Shown here in pieces: positions 12,583 to 53,548 of a stretch of 64,000 nt of DNA. The notes under the pieces are model-generated. The model was not told where the DNA came from, searched no databases, and saw only the letters and a list, made by a program, of their open reading frames with translations. A program made the translations under genes and the position numbers. Each line of letters starts with the position of its first letter. Position 1 is the stretch's first letter. The stretch covers positions 34,100,001-34,164,000 of the forward strand of contig NC_090348.1 in NCBI RefSeq assembly GCF_035084215.1. Direction: 5' to 3'. This DNA comes from Heptranchias perlo. Lineage: Eukaryota.

Positions 12583-13509
12583 GAAGATGTATATAATCAT
12601 AACTTTCTTGTCCTTATCATAACTAACTTCTACACAAGTGTGAAACCTTCCCTTCTGCTGTGTTTCCTCCCTCTTAAAAGCTATTACTTCATCATTTTCC
12701 AGTGATGACATTCTAATGCTGAGTATAAAAGATATATTTGTTTCGAACAGTCTACAGTTCCATCTCTTAACTATTTCCTGAGAATGTAGCTGTTAAAGCT
12801 CTAGGAGGTCCTGGGACTCATGCTGATCCTCCGATCTTTCTGCTCTGTTTTTAAGTCTTCTGCAACCTGCGTGAGTTGCTCCACCTATTTGCATTTGGAG
12901 CACAAAGACTGTTCCCCTCCCTGCCTTAACCCAAAGTACAACCTTGCTCTTTTACATGTCTGAATGTGGACCCACCTTTCCTCCCTATGATCATTATCTG
13001 TATTTATCTGATGTGCATTCTATTTGCATTGTGTACACTTTAGAGCCTTTAGGCTGGTTGGTGATAGTATATACAAAATAGACTGATAAGTTATTAGAAC
13101 TGACATAACTTATGAGAACAGTGATCACCAGTAAGCCTATAGGTATACCATCACAAGTGATGTATTTTCCATACATCATTAACTCTCCAGCCTGTAAGAT
13201 CTGAATAGTACATTTAAAAACATTATATACCAACTACTATGTTAGCATTTTTAAAATTACAACATAATGTATTACAAAAAAAAACACACTAGTTCCATCT
13301 GGTGGTTGTTGTGTGCAATGGTTTAACTGTCCTTAAGACATTGCAGTGGCAGCAGATAGATTGGAGAAACTTTGGGGAGAATTCGACTGATATGAGAGGA
13401 ATTGGCTTTTGGAACCAGCCAAATGGACTGCATAATCTTTTTCGGTCCTGTACTTTCATAGGTTCCCATTTATCTCAATGTGAACCTAATTAGGTGATAG
13501 TAACTACTT

Positions 13510-13790
13510 CCAAAGTGTTCTCCTACATTCAGGTTGTATAATTCTCCTCCTTTGTTACCCAGAAGCAGATCCAGCAATGCATCCTTCCTTGCTGGATATG
13601 CAACATGCTGATTGAGGAAACATTCCTGTTGCATTCTATGAATTCCTCTTTCTATTTTGACAACAAACTTTTCGCTTATCCCAGTTTATTTTAGGATAAA
13701 TAAAACCCCCATTGTGCAACTCTGTTACGACTGCAAACCTCTCTAAATTAGCAACAAATCTCATCTTCAATTTCTTTCCCACTATTCAGT
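13510..13790 (-). mobile_element. Old CR1 endonuclease-region fossil
   Basis: Minus strand reads EEFIEC.. followed by a frameshifted FLNQHV..P.RKDALLDL-like segment typical of CR1 APE. Confidence 0.5.
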
Positions 13791-14933
13791 AGGAAATTCT
13801 GATTACTTTCATCTGTTTTGATGAAGGATCCACCAGAAGGATTAATATATTGTTCTCTTTTAGATGCTGACTAACTTTCAGTTTACTGCTCACATTTTCT
13901 CTTTTTATTTGGAAACTTCTGATTTATTCTATGGTGTCTAATTAGAACATCAGTCATCAATTGGGTGTATTAATATATATACATATCTTTAGTGCATTAG
14001 CCATGAAACCCCTCCCCACTGTCCCCAGCCCTAACTATCCCCAGAACCCAAAGCATAGACACTGCCTCAGCCCCCACCCCCCTACCGACCCACAATGATC
14101 CCAGCACAAACAGGCTGATGTGGTGATACATTCCTCCTGCAGGTGCCATGTAGTCAGGATGCACAGTGACTTCATAAACAATGTATAAAAATGTACACTT
14201 CCATAAAAATGCATAATTGTACACAAATATATAATGAGCTCATGAAATATCTGTATGAATGTACCCTTAATCATACAAAGACTTCATAAAATATATTTGT
14301 ATGTACACCTATATGTATAATAGTTTCATAAAATGAGAATGTACATTCTTTAGAACACAATTAAAAAGTTTTTAAATAAACAAAGCCTTGCTCTGCTGCT
14401 ATATTTAGAAAGCAGCCTGCTATATCATTTTGTTAATCATTGCTATGTTTTAATAAATTGCTTATCGGCATCTAATTTAATGAAGTTTGAATTTACTATA
14501 GTGTTAAAAACAAAACCAATTTAATAAAATATCTCATTAATGTTTTGTTGGATATAAAAGTAACACAATAGCTGCACCGAAAAATTGGCAAAATTAAACG
14601 GAGAATTTATATTGCAGTGTGAAAATAAAGGAATCCAATGTTGCTTCATCTCCCAGTTTATAGAAATGGTTTAACAGCTTTTTACAATTACAAAAATTGC
14701 CTTCCTTTTGAAATATACATTCAGATGGATAATATATTCATATGTCACTAATAGGCAGTTTTGGCTTCTTTTTCAATAGAGCTGATCATGAACAGACACA
14801 TTTTTTCATTAACTTTTAACTGGAAAGTAAACAAAAACTCACAAATGTTAAAATGTAAACTATTCAACCAAAAAAAGTGTGAAGATAAAATGTTGATTTA
14901 TTTAAACTCAAAAGTGTGACAAACAAGAATTGT

Positions 14934-15062
14934 TCAATAGGCATAAACCTTGACTTTCTGAACTTCTTTGTCCTCACATTCCCTTTTTCTGCTGTAGTAA
15001 TAGAAAGTGTTATCTCGTCTTTGAAGTTTCTTCACATATCCAGTTTCTGGCCAACGATCCAC
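14934..15062 (-). CDS. MEIG1: MEIG1 last coding exon
   Basis: Acceptor TGCAG|GTG at 15063/15062; [23 protein letters not shown]..; TGA at 14936-14934; AATAAA (- strand) at 14902-14897. Confidence 0.96.
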   Translation of the reverse strand: MDRWPETGYVKKLQRRDNTFYYYSRKRECEDKEVQKVKVYAY

Positions 15063-15912
15063 CTGCATTGAACAGAACGTCAATTTTGCCACTCAGCATT
15101 TCATGGATTATCTCATATAGTACAGTGCAAACAGAAATTTAGGCATTTAAGTGCAACATATGAAACAGTCGGGTAGCTGCTGTAGTATATCGTGAATGGA
15201 TAGCTTCCTTATAAATATACAACACAGGCATCGAGTGGAATGGTAACTTTATTCTAGAAATATTTCACAGTTCCCCACACATTGATATATCAGTAAGAAT
15301 AAAATTGATTACTTATGTAAAAATATGAACCAGCACATACCAAGCTCTGCTGATATTCCAAAACTAAGGGACAAGTGAATAAGATACATAGAACATCAGA
15401 CTGTATTGGGAGCTGCAAAAATATTCATATTTTCCATGGAAAAATAATAAGGTCTATTTTTGAAGAAGGAAGTAATCTTAAACAATTTTTTTTTAAATCA
15501 GTCTTTAGAATATTCCATTGCAGAAACTTGGCCATATCCACAACACACTTGTGACTTCATCACACACAACTGGTTGACCTTATTTATGGAGATATTTATA
15601 TCTCATTACCGCTCAGTGTGTTCATTCCATAGATTATACATCTGGATAAGATAAATTTGCACTACCTTTACGAAATTTCTGCAAGTTTTTAATTACAATT
15701 ATTGAAAATTAGACAATTGTAACATACAATTAATAAACCACGGAATTCATTACCCCATCTACTTGCTTTACTTGCTTGTATTCTATTTCATCTCTGTATC
15801 CAGCTTGTTGAAATCTATAAAGATTTTCTATTTCTTCAGTCCAGTGCTTGGCTCGACTCATAAATTTAGGTTTTACTTCCTTTCCTTGGGTCCCAAAATC
15901 TCTTAAAGACAT
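14934..15912 (-). CDS. MEIG1: Meiosis/spermiogenesis-associated protein MEIG1, complete CDS join(15912-15754, 15062-14934), 95 aa
   Basis: Spliced protein [53 protein letters not shown]|[42 protein letters not shown]. Canonical GT-AG intron; synteny with DCLRE1C. Confidence 0.97.
15754..15912 (-). CDS. MEIG1: MEIG1 first coding exon (exon begins 15926, ATG 15912)
   Basis: Acceptor TTTTTCGTTTTAG|G at 15927/15926; donor GGG|GTAATG at 15754/15753; 53 codons including [19 protein letters not shown]. Confidence 0.96.
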
Positions 15913-16619
15913 AATGCAATAAATTCCTAAAACGAAAAAGAAAAAAATAAGTTGACCCTCTAATGTACATCTTCAGATATTTAATATATTTATTTTGCAT
16001 GTTAAAAGGTCATCTATTAAAAAGGTGTCATTTTTGAGCCAGTTTATTTGCCAATAGTAATCACTTGACCACGATGGTGGCACTTTCTACTGGGCTGGCG
16101 CATTAAGTGGAAAGTATGTTATCACGTACACAATTAAAATGTTAAGTTACCCAGAACCTGCTGAACAAGGTTATTGGAAGATACACAAAGACTGGCTTGC
16201 CTGCTGGCAGTCATATTGCAAATTCTCCCAATCTTGCTGTGACTTCAGCGAACCAACAGGATCAGTTTTTGAACAGAGACATGTGTCCTTGTTAAAGTTG
16301 CCTCTGGTAGCTCCCTGTTTTTAAGCCACCCGATGTGCAAAAAAGGCCAACAACTTCTTATTTTATTAAAATATTTATTTTACTTTATTAAAATTACTTT
16401 ACATTTTATACAGTTGGTCCTTATATTCTACCCATACCATCAATAAAGGAAAGTACACATTGAAAACCCACTGATATGTTATTTATCCAACAGACAGGTT
16501 CAATATCATAATGCATCTGTGGTTGCATCATTTATATATTATTTCACTAGGTTCACCACCAAACTAAACTTCACTTAGAAGATTTAAAATACCTTAAAGG
16601 ATCAAGAAGAATGCATAAT

Positions 16620-17535
16620 TACTTTGGAATTTCAAAATTTGCAAACGGCACCAAATCGGGGGGTATAGTCAATACTGAGGAGGACTGTGACAAAATACAG
16701 GAAGACATTAATAAACTTGCAGAATGGGTGTTTAATTGGCAAATGAATTTCAATATCGACAAGTGTGAGGTGGTACATTTTGGTAGGAATAATAAGGCGG
16801 CTACATACTCCTTGGAAAATAAAAGTCTAAACAGGGTGGAGGAGCAGAGGGATGTAGGGATGCAGATACACAAATCACTAAAAGTAGTGACACAGGTTAA
16901 TAAGGCCATTAAAACAGCAAACCGAGCCCTAGGGTTCATTTCCAAAGGGATAGAAAATTGAAAAGCAGAGAAGTTATGCTAAACTTGTACAGAACCTTGG
17001 TTAGTCCACACTTGGAGTACTCCAAACAGTTCTGGTCTCCATGCTATAAAAAGGATATAGAGGCACTGGAGAAGGTGCAAAAAAGATTTACTAGGATGAT
17101 ACCAGAAATGAGAGGTTATATCTATCAGGAAAGATTGAATAGGCTGGGGCTCTTTCCTCTAGAAAAGAGAAGACTGAGAGGTGACCTGATAGAGGTTTTT
17201 AAGATTATGAGAGGGTTTGATTGGGTAGACGTAGAGAAGATGTTTCCATTTGTGGGGGAGACCAGAACTAGAGGTCATAAATATAAGATAGTCACTAACA
17301 AATCCAATAGAGAATTCAGGAGAAACTTCAGTGGTATGAATGTGGAACACAAGGAGTAGTTGAGGCAACTGGCATAGATGCACTAAAGGGGAAGCTAGAT
17401 AAACAGGGAATAGAAGGTTATGTTGATAGGATTAGATGAAGAAGGGTGGGAAGAGGCTCATGTGGAGCATAAACACCGGCGTGGACCTGTTGGGCCGACT
17501 AGCCTGTTTCAATACTGTACATTCTTTGTAATTCA
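16620..17535 (+). mobile_element. CR1 LINE 3' fragment
   Basis: ORFs 16611-16961 and 16958-17359 (KCEVVHFG, LVSPHLEY..FWSP, RRLRGDLIEVFKI). Confidence 0.88.
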
Positions 17536-17569
17536 TGTGTATTGAAAAAAAGCGGTGTTAAATGGACAA

Positions 17570-18230
17570 AGCTCTGTTAGGGGGCAATGACTAATGATCT
17601 GTTCTGGGTGCCTTGTTGTTTATACTTTTTATAAATAGTTTGGAGGAGATTACCTTTTGTAATATTATAATATTTGCTGATGAGATATCAAACAATGTGG
17701 CCAGGTCATGTAAGAGAGATAAGCAGCATTCAAAGAGTCCTGGATCGATTAAGCAAATTTTCTGTGTAATGACAGATTTTAATATAGATAAAGGTAAGGT
17801 AATATATACTGGAACAAATGGATCTCAAGGCCATTTGATTATAAGTCAAAAAACTTATTCTAGCTTTGGAATGTCACATATAGAATATTTTGTACATTTT
17901 TGGACAAAACAACATTGATGCATTAGAAAAGATTTGGATAAAAGCAACAAGCATGATTCTAACACTTAAAGCTCTAAGATGCAAGGGAAGACACCTAGAT
18001 TGGAGCTTGTTTTTATGAGGAGAAAAGTAGATGAATTCATCTACTAGGTCTTTAAAATACAGAGAGGCATAGATGCTGTATTTGTAAGTATGATATCTGA
18101 CTGTTAGTGAAGGACTTGAGGACAAGGGTTCAAAGTTAATTAGCCTGAAGTGAGTTTAGAGATTTGAAAAAAAATTCTTCACAAAGTAGTGGATTTCTGG
18201 GACAGGCAAAAGCAATTGATGCAGTTGGTG
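17570..18230 (+). mobile_element. Older, more decayed CR1 fragment
   Basis: LFILFINSLEE..IFADE, FNIDKGKVI, HIEYFVHFW remnants. Confidence 0.6.
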
Positions 18231-18734
18231 GGAGTTGATGGCCCTGCAAAGTAAGATTCGTCAGTGGGGAAGGAGAAGCTACCAAACCAAATCCTCTGTC
18301 AATATGGGTGGGGGGGTGGCATGTTCAAAAATATAATTAGTGGGGGAAGAGAAATGCAGACTCCAAAAGTAACACCAGCAGTGGGACTCAGGAAGTCCAT
18401 CAGCACACTGGTAGGCAGCCATGTAGCTGACAGTAGGTGTGGGCCTGGGGCAGGACAAGGCGGGAGAATAGCCAGAGTGGGTGGGGCCCCAGCTGGGCTG
18501 AAATATGATGGGGAAAATGGCCTGTAGTACATCTTGGCCATTGGGCAGAGTTGCGGCAAGGAAACCAGTTGGTAGAGAATTCTTTCAGCGAGGGGTGGGG
18601 GTGGGAACATTTTATGACAGGTCTTTTAACATTATAAATACTAACCATGTGTAACTGGTACTGTTAACACTACCATTAATTAATTCATTACTTTTAACAT
18701 GGGTTTTCCAAGAAAGAAAGAATCTTTTCTAATG

Positions 18735-18980
18735 AAAGAAAGAAAGACGCATTTATATAGTGCCCTTCACAATCTCAGGACATTCCAAAGTGCTTTACTT
18801 TTGAAGTTTAGTCACTGTTGTGATGTATGAAATGTGGCAGCCATTTTGCGCATATCAAGGTTCCACAAACAGCAATGTGGTAGTGACCAGATAATCTACT
18901 TTAGTGATGTTAGTTGAGGGATAAATATTGACCAGGACACTGGAGAGCACTCCCCTGCTTGTCTTCGAAATAGTGACAAA
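18735..18980 (-). mobile_element. Deu-domain tRNA-SINE (SacSINE1/AmnSINE1-like), 3' part
   Basis: Same orientation and sequence as the body/tail of the 30305-30752 copy; (TTTC)n tail. Confidence 0.7.
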
Positions 18981-19630
18981 GTCTGACATAGGAGTTTTCA
19001 ATGTATTTTGAAAATGAATGTTGTGATCCACTCAGCATTTTGGGCACATGTGAACATCCATCACCGTGCTGAAAAGTCTTGAAAGCAATCGACTGGGAAA
19101 TCCACATAAATAGAGTTTTCTTTTGCACGAAGTGCACACTTCTCACAAAGTCATACCTCACTTATCCAAGAGCAGAGAGCCAAGTTTAGGGGCTGCCTAC
19201 TGGCTAAAATCTTGTAGTTTATCAGCACAGAGCACTGGTAAGTTTTCCACCAATGTTTACCTAGCTAGGACCACCCTTGTCCTGTGGGGCATTGGCTTAT
19301 AAGGTTATTTGGAGCTGAGTGGGGAAATTCCCCAGTGACAGGTCTATTCCTCGAGATCCCAGCAATGGGCTAGACTGTCTGATTAATCAGCAGCAGCATC
19401 CTGAAGACTTGTAGCTCCGCCTAGTTTAAGTTTAGGATTACCAAGTTTGCCAGAGTTGAGTCCAATCTCTGAGATACGTTATTTTCTAACCAACTTGTCC
19501 CCACTAACCTTCCTCATTCTCCAGTCCCCCAAAAGTGTGAATCAACTGTCAACCTTTAATTGTTTGACTTGCTAAAAAAATTCTCAGTCAGCTCCTAATA
19601 TTTAATTCTACAGACATGAAAGAAACTTAC

Positions 19631-19815
19631 CGCTGAAATCCAACTAAAATAAAACTTGTCTCTGCACAGAGGACACAAGTTCGTTGGTTGGTTACTTTAT
19701 TCTGTTTGCCAGACGTTGGGTTTCGTTGGTCCGTTGTTGTTGCCTGCAGCTAGGCAACGCGTGACGCTACAATGTAACTTGGAATGTTCTTCCGGGAGCT
19801 ATGGAAACCACGTGT
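19631..19815 (-). promoter_or_regulatory. MEIG1: Probable MEIG1 promoter and non-coding exon 1
   Basis: Local CpG enrichment; - strand donor CG|GTAAGT at 19631/19630; X-box-like GTTGCCT-gcagct-AGGCAAC at 19739-19758 and GCTATGGAAAC at 19798-19808; TGACG at 19762-19766; CACGTG at 19809-19814. Confidence 0.65.
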
Positions 19816-21202
19816 CAAGTTTAGCAATACAATTTCTGTCTTGGACGGTTTGTGTCCTGTCCATTTAGCTCCAAATCAAAGGACAGCAAAACATGGGAAC
19901 ATTCATTCTTTACACTATTTTGATTAATACTATTGATAGCATTTTCTCGACTTTGACACTATGGAATAATGACATTTAATGTTAATAAACGTGCAATTTC
20001 ACGTAACGGTTATACTATAGTAATCCAGCGACAGTTAACAGGAAAGCACAAGGTTGTCTCTGACAACAAAAAGGAGAGAGAATTAATTGAGCATAAGAGC
20101 CAAGTGCAAAGGGATTGGAAGAGAGTATGAGAAATGTGACAAAGTGGCATAATTAGTCAGGCTGGGGATAGATTTGCAGAATGAATGAGCTGGCTACCAG
20201 TATCAGAACATTAGTTGATGCAATAAATTCACTGGCACCCTCCAACCATGTACTATGAAGGTGCTGGCAGTCTTCTACCGCAGTTACAGTGGGAAACTGA
20301 GAGAGCCCATGTGGAATTTCAGGACCATATGGAAAATTGCTCATTGCTTTGTGCCAACATGTGGCAGCATAAGGTCAGCTTTGGGGGCTGGAAGTATGGG
20401 GGGAAATCTTGAACATAATCTACTATTCCTACATGGCCCCAATGTGGCTGGTGTGCTAAGTATCAGTTGCAGCCTCTTTGAACTGAGGCAGCGCTCTGCT
20501 ACTTTGAGCTAGGTCTTGAGATTACATAATTACTGGCTCTACCACATCTACAGCAGCCAGGGTCACCCTTTCAGCTGTATTCCTGGCAGGTGTAGTCTAC
20601 AGAGGGGGATAGTGAGAGGGCCTGGGTGTGGAACTGTCCAGAGGAACAGCACCCTCATCCGTGCTAGTTACAACCATGCTCTTGCTGCTGGAACTGGATC
20701 TCCACGCCCATTGATCTGCATGACCACAAACCTGATGATACCAATGAGATCTGTGAAGCCCCTGCTGACACTTCATTCAATGTGATCTGCCAGAAAACTA
20801 GAGGAAAGAACACATTGTGTAGTGGAGTACAGGCCTCTGTCTGAGGGGGCTGCACTGCAGATGTCCCTGGATTCGCCACACACTCCATGGTAGACTGCAG
20901 AGTGCATTCTTCACCCCTATGAAGATGCAGCATGTGGACTCCTCCGCGTCGCCTTCAGTTGTTATAAATTGAATGGCACAGTGTCCATTGACTATCATGT
21001 ATCTTTGCCACCACCACCATCTTCTCCAGCTCACCTGGCTTTGTGAGTTACCAGCTGCACTAAAGTATCGCCCAAGGTGGACGTATCTAAGCTGATGCTT
21101 GGGTGGGTAGGAATGAATAACACTGGCTGCTGAAGTGTTTGGGCGGTCCATGCAGTGACCTGGTGTAATTGCACCAGAGAAATTGAATAGAACCGTCAAC
21201 TT

Positions 21203-21642
21203 TGCTCAGTGGTAACATTCTTATTTCTGAATCAGAAGGTTGTGGGTTTAAGGCCCACTATGGATTTGAGCACAGAATCTCAGCTGATGTTTTTGTGCAT
21301 TACTGAGGGACTGCTGCACTGTTGAAGATGCCGTCTTTTAGATGAGAGGTTAAACCGAGGTACTGTTTGCGTGTTCAGGTGAATATAAATATCCCATGAC
21401 ACTATTTGAAGACATAGAGTTGTCCCATGGAGGCGTGGCCAATATTCCTCCCTCAGTCAACATCACCAAACAGATTATCTGATTATCAAACTAATTTCCT
21501 GGGACTTTGCTGAGTGCAAACTGGCTGCTGTATTTACTTACTAAACAACAGTCACTACACTTGAAAAGTAATTAATTAGCTGCGAGGTGCTTTGTGTCTT
21601 CCTGAGCACATGAAAGGAACTATACAAATGTAAGTTTTTTTC
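21203..21642 (+). mobile_element. Deu-domain tRNA-SINE, near full length
   Basis: Head TTGCTCAGTGGTAAC..TCAGAAGGTTGTGGGTTTAAG; core ATCCCATGACACTATTTGAAG; tail TGAAAGGAACTATACAAATGTAAG. Confidence 0.75.
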
Positions 21643-22449
21643 CCTACAAAATGGGAAGAAATCAAAATAATGCAGTTTTATAATGAAGACAATGAAAGTA
21701 GCAAAGATATTTTGCAACACTGAGATACTTTTAAAAGAGACTGTATCCTGAAAGTTGATTGGTTCAGCCAATTCATTAGTACAAGGTTTTATGAATGATG
21801 GGTATTGTGATGTGTACATAAATATGCATATATTTTAATAATTTGCTTTTCAGCACCTAAAATCAATGCTTTTCCATCTTTAATGAACATATTTGTTTTC
21901 TGTAGTTCCATTTTGCGTAACTTCAGTCTGTTCCAGAATTGCTGCTGTCCCGGTAAGTCCAGTCAACAATAAGATCAAGTTTGCTGCTGCTCAGACTTGA
22001 GATCGCATGAGATCATTTCTCATGAGAAACTTCATGAAGGTCTACCTGATAATTCTGTCAGTCTCAGCAATAAATAGAACTTAACCTGAGCTGGAAAAAT
22101 GTTGGTTTTTTTCCCACTTTCTTTGAGCACTTTCGTTTATTAGTTTTATATAAAAGTGGGGGGGAAAAGGGTTGTTTGACTGGGCAGTGCAGTTGGAGGC
22201 AGGAGGTCATGTGATGAAACCTCCAGGAATACCTCCAGAGTTGGAAACCCTATTGAGCTCATCTGATTGGCAGATAAGGCAGCCAATCACAGATCAAATC
22301 ATGCATCTCAAACCAGTCATCTTTGTCTAAAGGTAGACCACTCCCAACAAATTGGGTTAAACTTCATTATTGTCAATCGAGGCATCGCAGAACAAATTCC
22401 AAGAAATAATGCATCTGTTAAAACGACAGCTGGTTAAAACTCCCAAATG

Positions 22450-23205
22450 CTCCGAGCCATTTCACTCTGCGAATAGAGATTTCCTGTACGGGCTACTCCT
22501 GCACACGCTCCACTTCCTTGCCCTCGTCTCTCGCCCGGACACGCCCTGGTGTCCAGCGGAGGCGGGGGTCCCCAGTGGAGGGCTCTCTACTTGGGGATCC
22601 TCCCGTGTGCCATTGGGGATCTGGGTGGAGAGTGTTGCACGGAGCAGTCGCGACAAATAGGCATTTACGCCATTTCACGGACTCCCAGGCCTCCTGCAAT
22701 TTCTGCGGCCTGGATGAGTCCGTGTTTCATTTATTCACAGGGTGTGGGAGGCTGCAGCCCCTGTTCCACTATTTGAGGGGGCTGCTCCTCAAGTTCTGGC
22801 TGCAGTTCAGTCCCACGCTCTTGATCTTTGGCCGCCCGGAGATTGGGGGGGGAGGGGTGGGCAGGTCGGTGGACGTCCTCGTAGGTCTGCTTCTAGGCCT
22901 GTCCAAGGTGGCTATCCACAGGTCCAGGTTAGACACGGCCCAAGGGGGCGGTCGCTCCGACTGTCTGCCTCTCTTCTGCGGCATTCTCCGTGCCTGGGTG
23001 GCCCTGGAGAGGGAGCACGCGGTGTCTGCCGGTATGCTTGAGGGTTTCTGCGACTGGTGGGCACCGTAGGGGCTGGAGTGCATCCTGGATCGATGTAAAA
23101 AATTTATTATTTGACACTTATTTTGGTTTTATTGAGTTGTTGCACATAAAAACACACCCTAACCCCCTTATAAAAGGGGGGCCTAAAACACACATAAAAG
23201 AAAAG
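22450..23205 (+). mobile_element. 5'-truncated Tx1-clade (L1 group) retrotransposon with 14-bp TSD
   Basis: ORF 22518-23069 has the RT-associated zinc knuckle WRVLHGAVATN..CNFCGLDESVFHLFTGC. TSD AAAACTCCCAAATG at 22436-22449 and 23206-23219. A-rich tail. Confidence 0.88.
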
Positions 23206-23699
23206 AAAACTCCCAAATGACATTGTTTTGAATAAAACAGCGGTGCTGATGAAGAACGGTCAGGAGACAACCCAGTTTCAGCTTCAAAAAGTACGAATTG
23301 AAAATTTAGAAAATCGGTGGGCCCAGGAAGACAGCAATTTCCCTGAACTTGCTGGCGGTTTAAGAGTTAAAAATGACCAGACCACAATTTCCTGAGGGGA
23401 GGGGGCAGAAGTCTAAGGGTAAAATCTACTGAGGTGTGCAGTAAGATAAAGCAACATTGTCTTTGTATAGATAATAAATGCTGGGAATCTTAAATAAAAG
23501 CAGAGAGTGCTGCAAATACAAAGTACCTTGTATGATCTACAAGGATCTCAACGGAAACTTCAACCTTTCTCTTCCAGATGATGAGTGGCTCTCTCTGTAG
23601 GTTTTTTAAATTTCTCATTAACGTGTGCAAATAGCAGCAGAGTTGAGTGTCAGTTTGACACTCAAACATCCAGCTTCCAACCAACAGAGAGCACCACCA

Positions 23700-23917
23700 G
23701 CCCCAGACTAACACCTCCTGTTCTGGCCTGAGATCCTCTTGCTGTGCTTCCGTGCTCGTCTGCAAGAAAGTCCCACCCATGCGGTGCTCCAGAAAGACGC
23801 CGGGCACTGGCGAGCTGTCTGATTGGCCATCTGGGGTGTCAATATCAGCCGGCGGATGGTTGTTAGTGTAACAATTTAGTGTCGGCGGGTTCTAACTTGT
23901 CGTGTTACAGAACAGCA
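23700..23917 (+). promoter_or_regulatory. DCLRE1C: DCLRE1C proximal promoter / 5' UTR
   Basis: CpG-enriched segment just upstream of the ATG; reverse CCAAT (CTGATTGG) at about 23819-23826. Confidence 0.55.
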
Positions 23918-53168
<29,251 letters not shown>

Positions 53169-53414
53169 TGCTATGACTGTTGGCATGTCAATGTTAGACA
53201 AGAGGCTTAGAGCCATGGAAAACTACCTGAGGGCCTAACTATGTCCTTCTAAATGACTTGTACTTCTATTGCAAATAGTGACCAAATCAGACTAGGAAAA
53301 AAAACTGAATTATAAAATGTATGGAAAGTGTGTACAAATTACAATGGTTTTATTTAACATGTTTTTATTATAAAAAGTTGGACAAATTGTCATTCCTCAG
53401 TTATTGGGTCAATA

Positions 53415-53548
53415 TCCTGGAATTCTGAGTACCATCTCCATAAGGACTGCAGTGGTTCAAGGAGAAAGCCTACCTTCCTGCTCAGGTAGGGATGGGAAAT
53501 GAATGCAGCCTTGACACTGTTGCCTGCATCAAGAATATAAAAAAAAGC
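53415..53548 (+). mobile_element. 3' tail fragment of the 1-2503 LINE family in the DCLRE1C 3' region
   Basis: TCCTGGAATTC..GGACTGCAGTGGTTCAAG..TAGGGATGGGAAATGAATGC followed by an A-run. Confidence 0.6.

Noticed and set aside
20600-21000. Faint RT-like words (GTVQRNSTL.., KPDDT, YKLNG) suggesting a very old LINE
   Set aside because: Needs several frameshifts and is too weak to call without a profile search.
21203-21260. tRNA-like A/B boxes (also at 24870, 30750, 63466)
   Set aside because: These are SINE heads followed by SINE bodies; no cloverleaf or Pol III terminator.
23879-23917. In-frame GTG-initiated N-terminal extension of Artemis
   Set aside because: Homology begins at ATG 23918 (MSSF..); a 13-codon open stretch is expected by chance.
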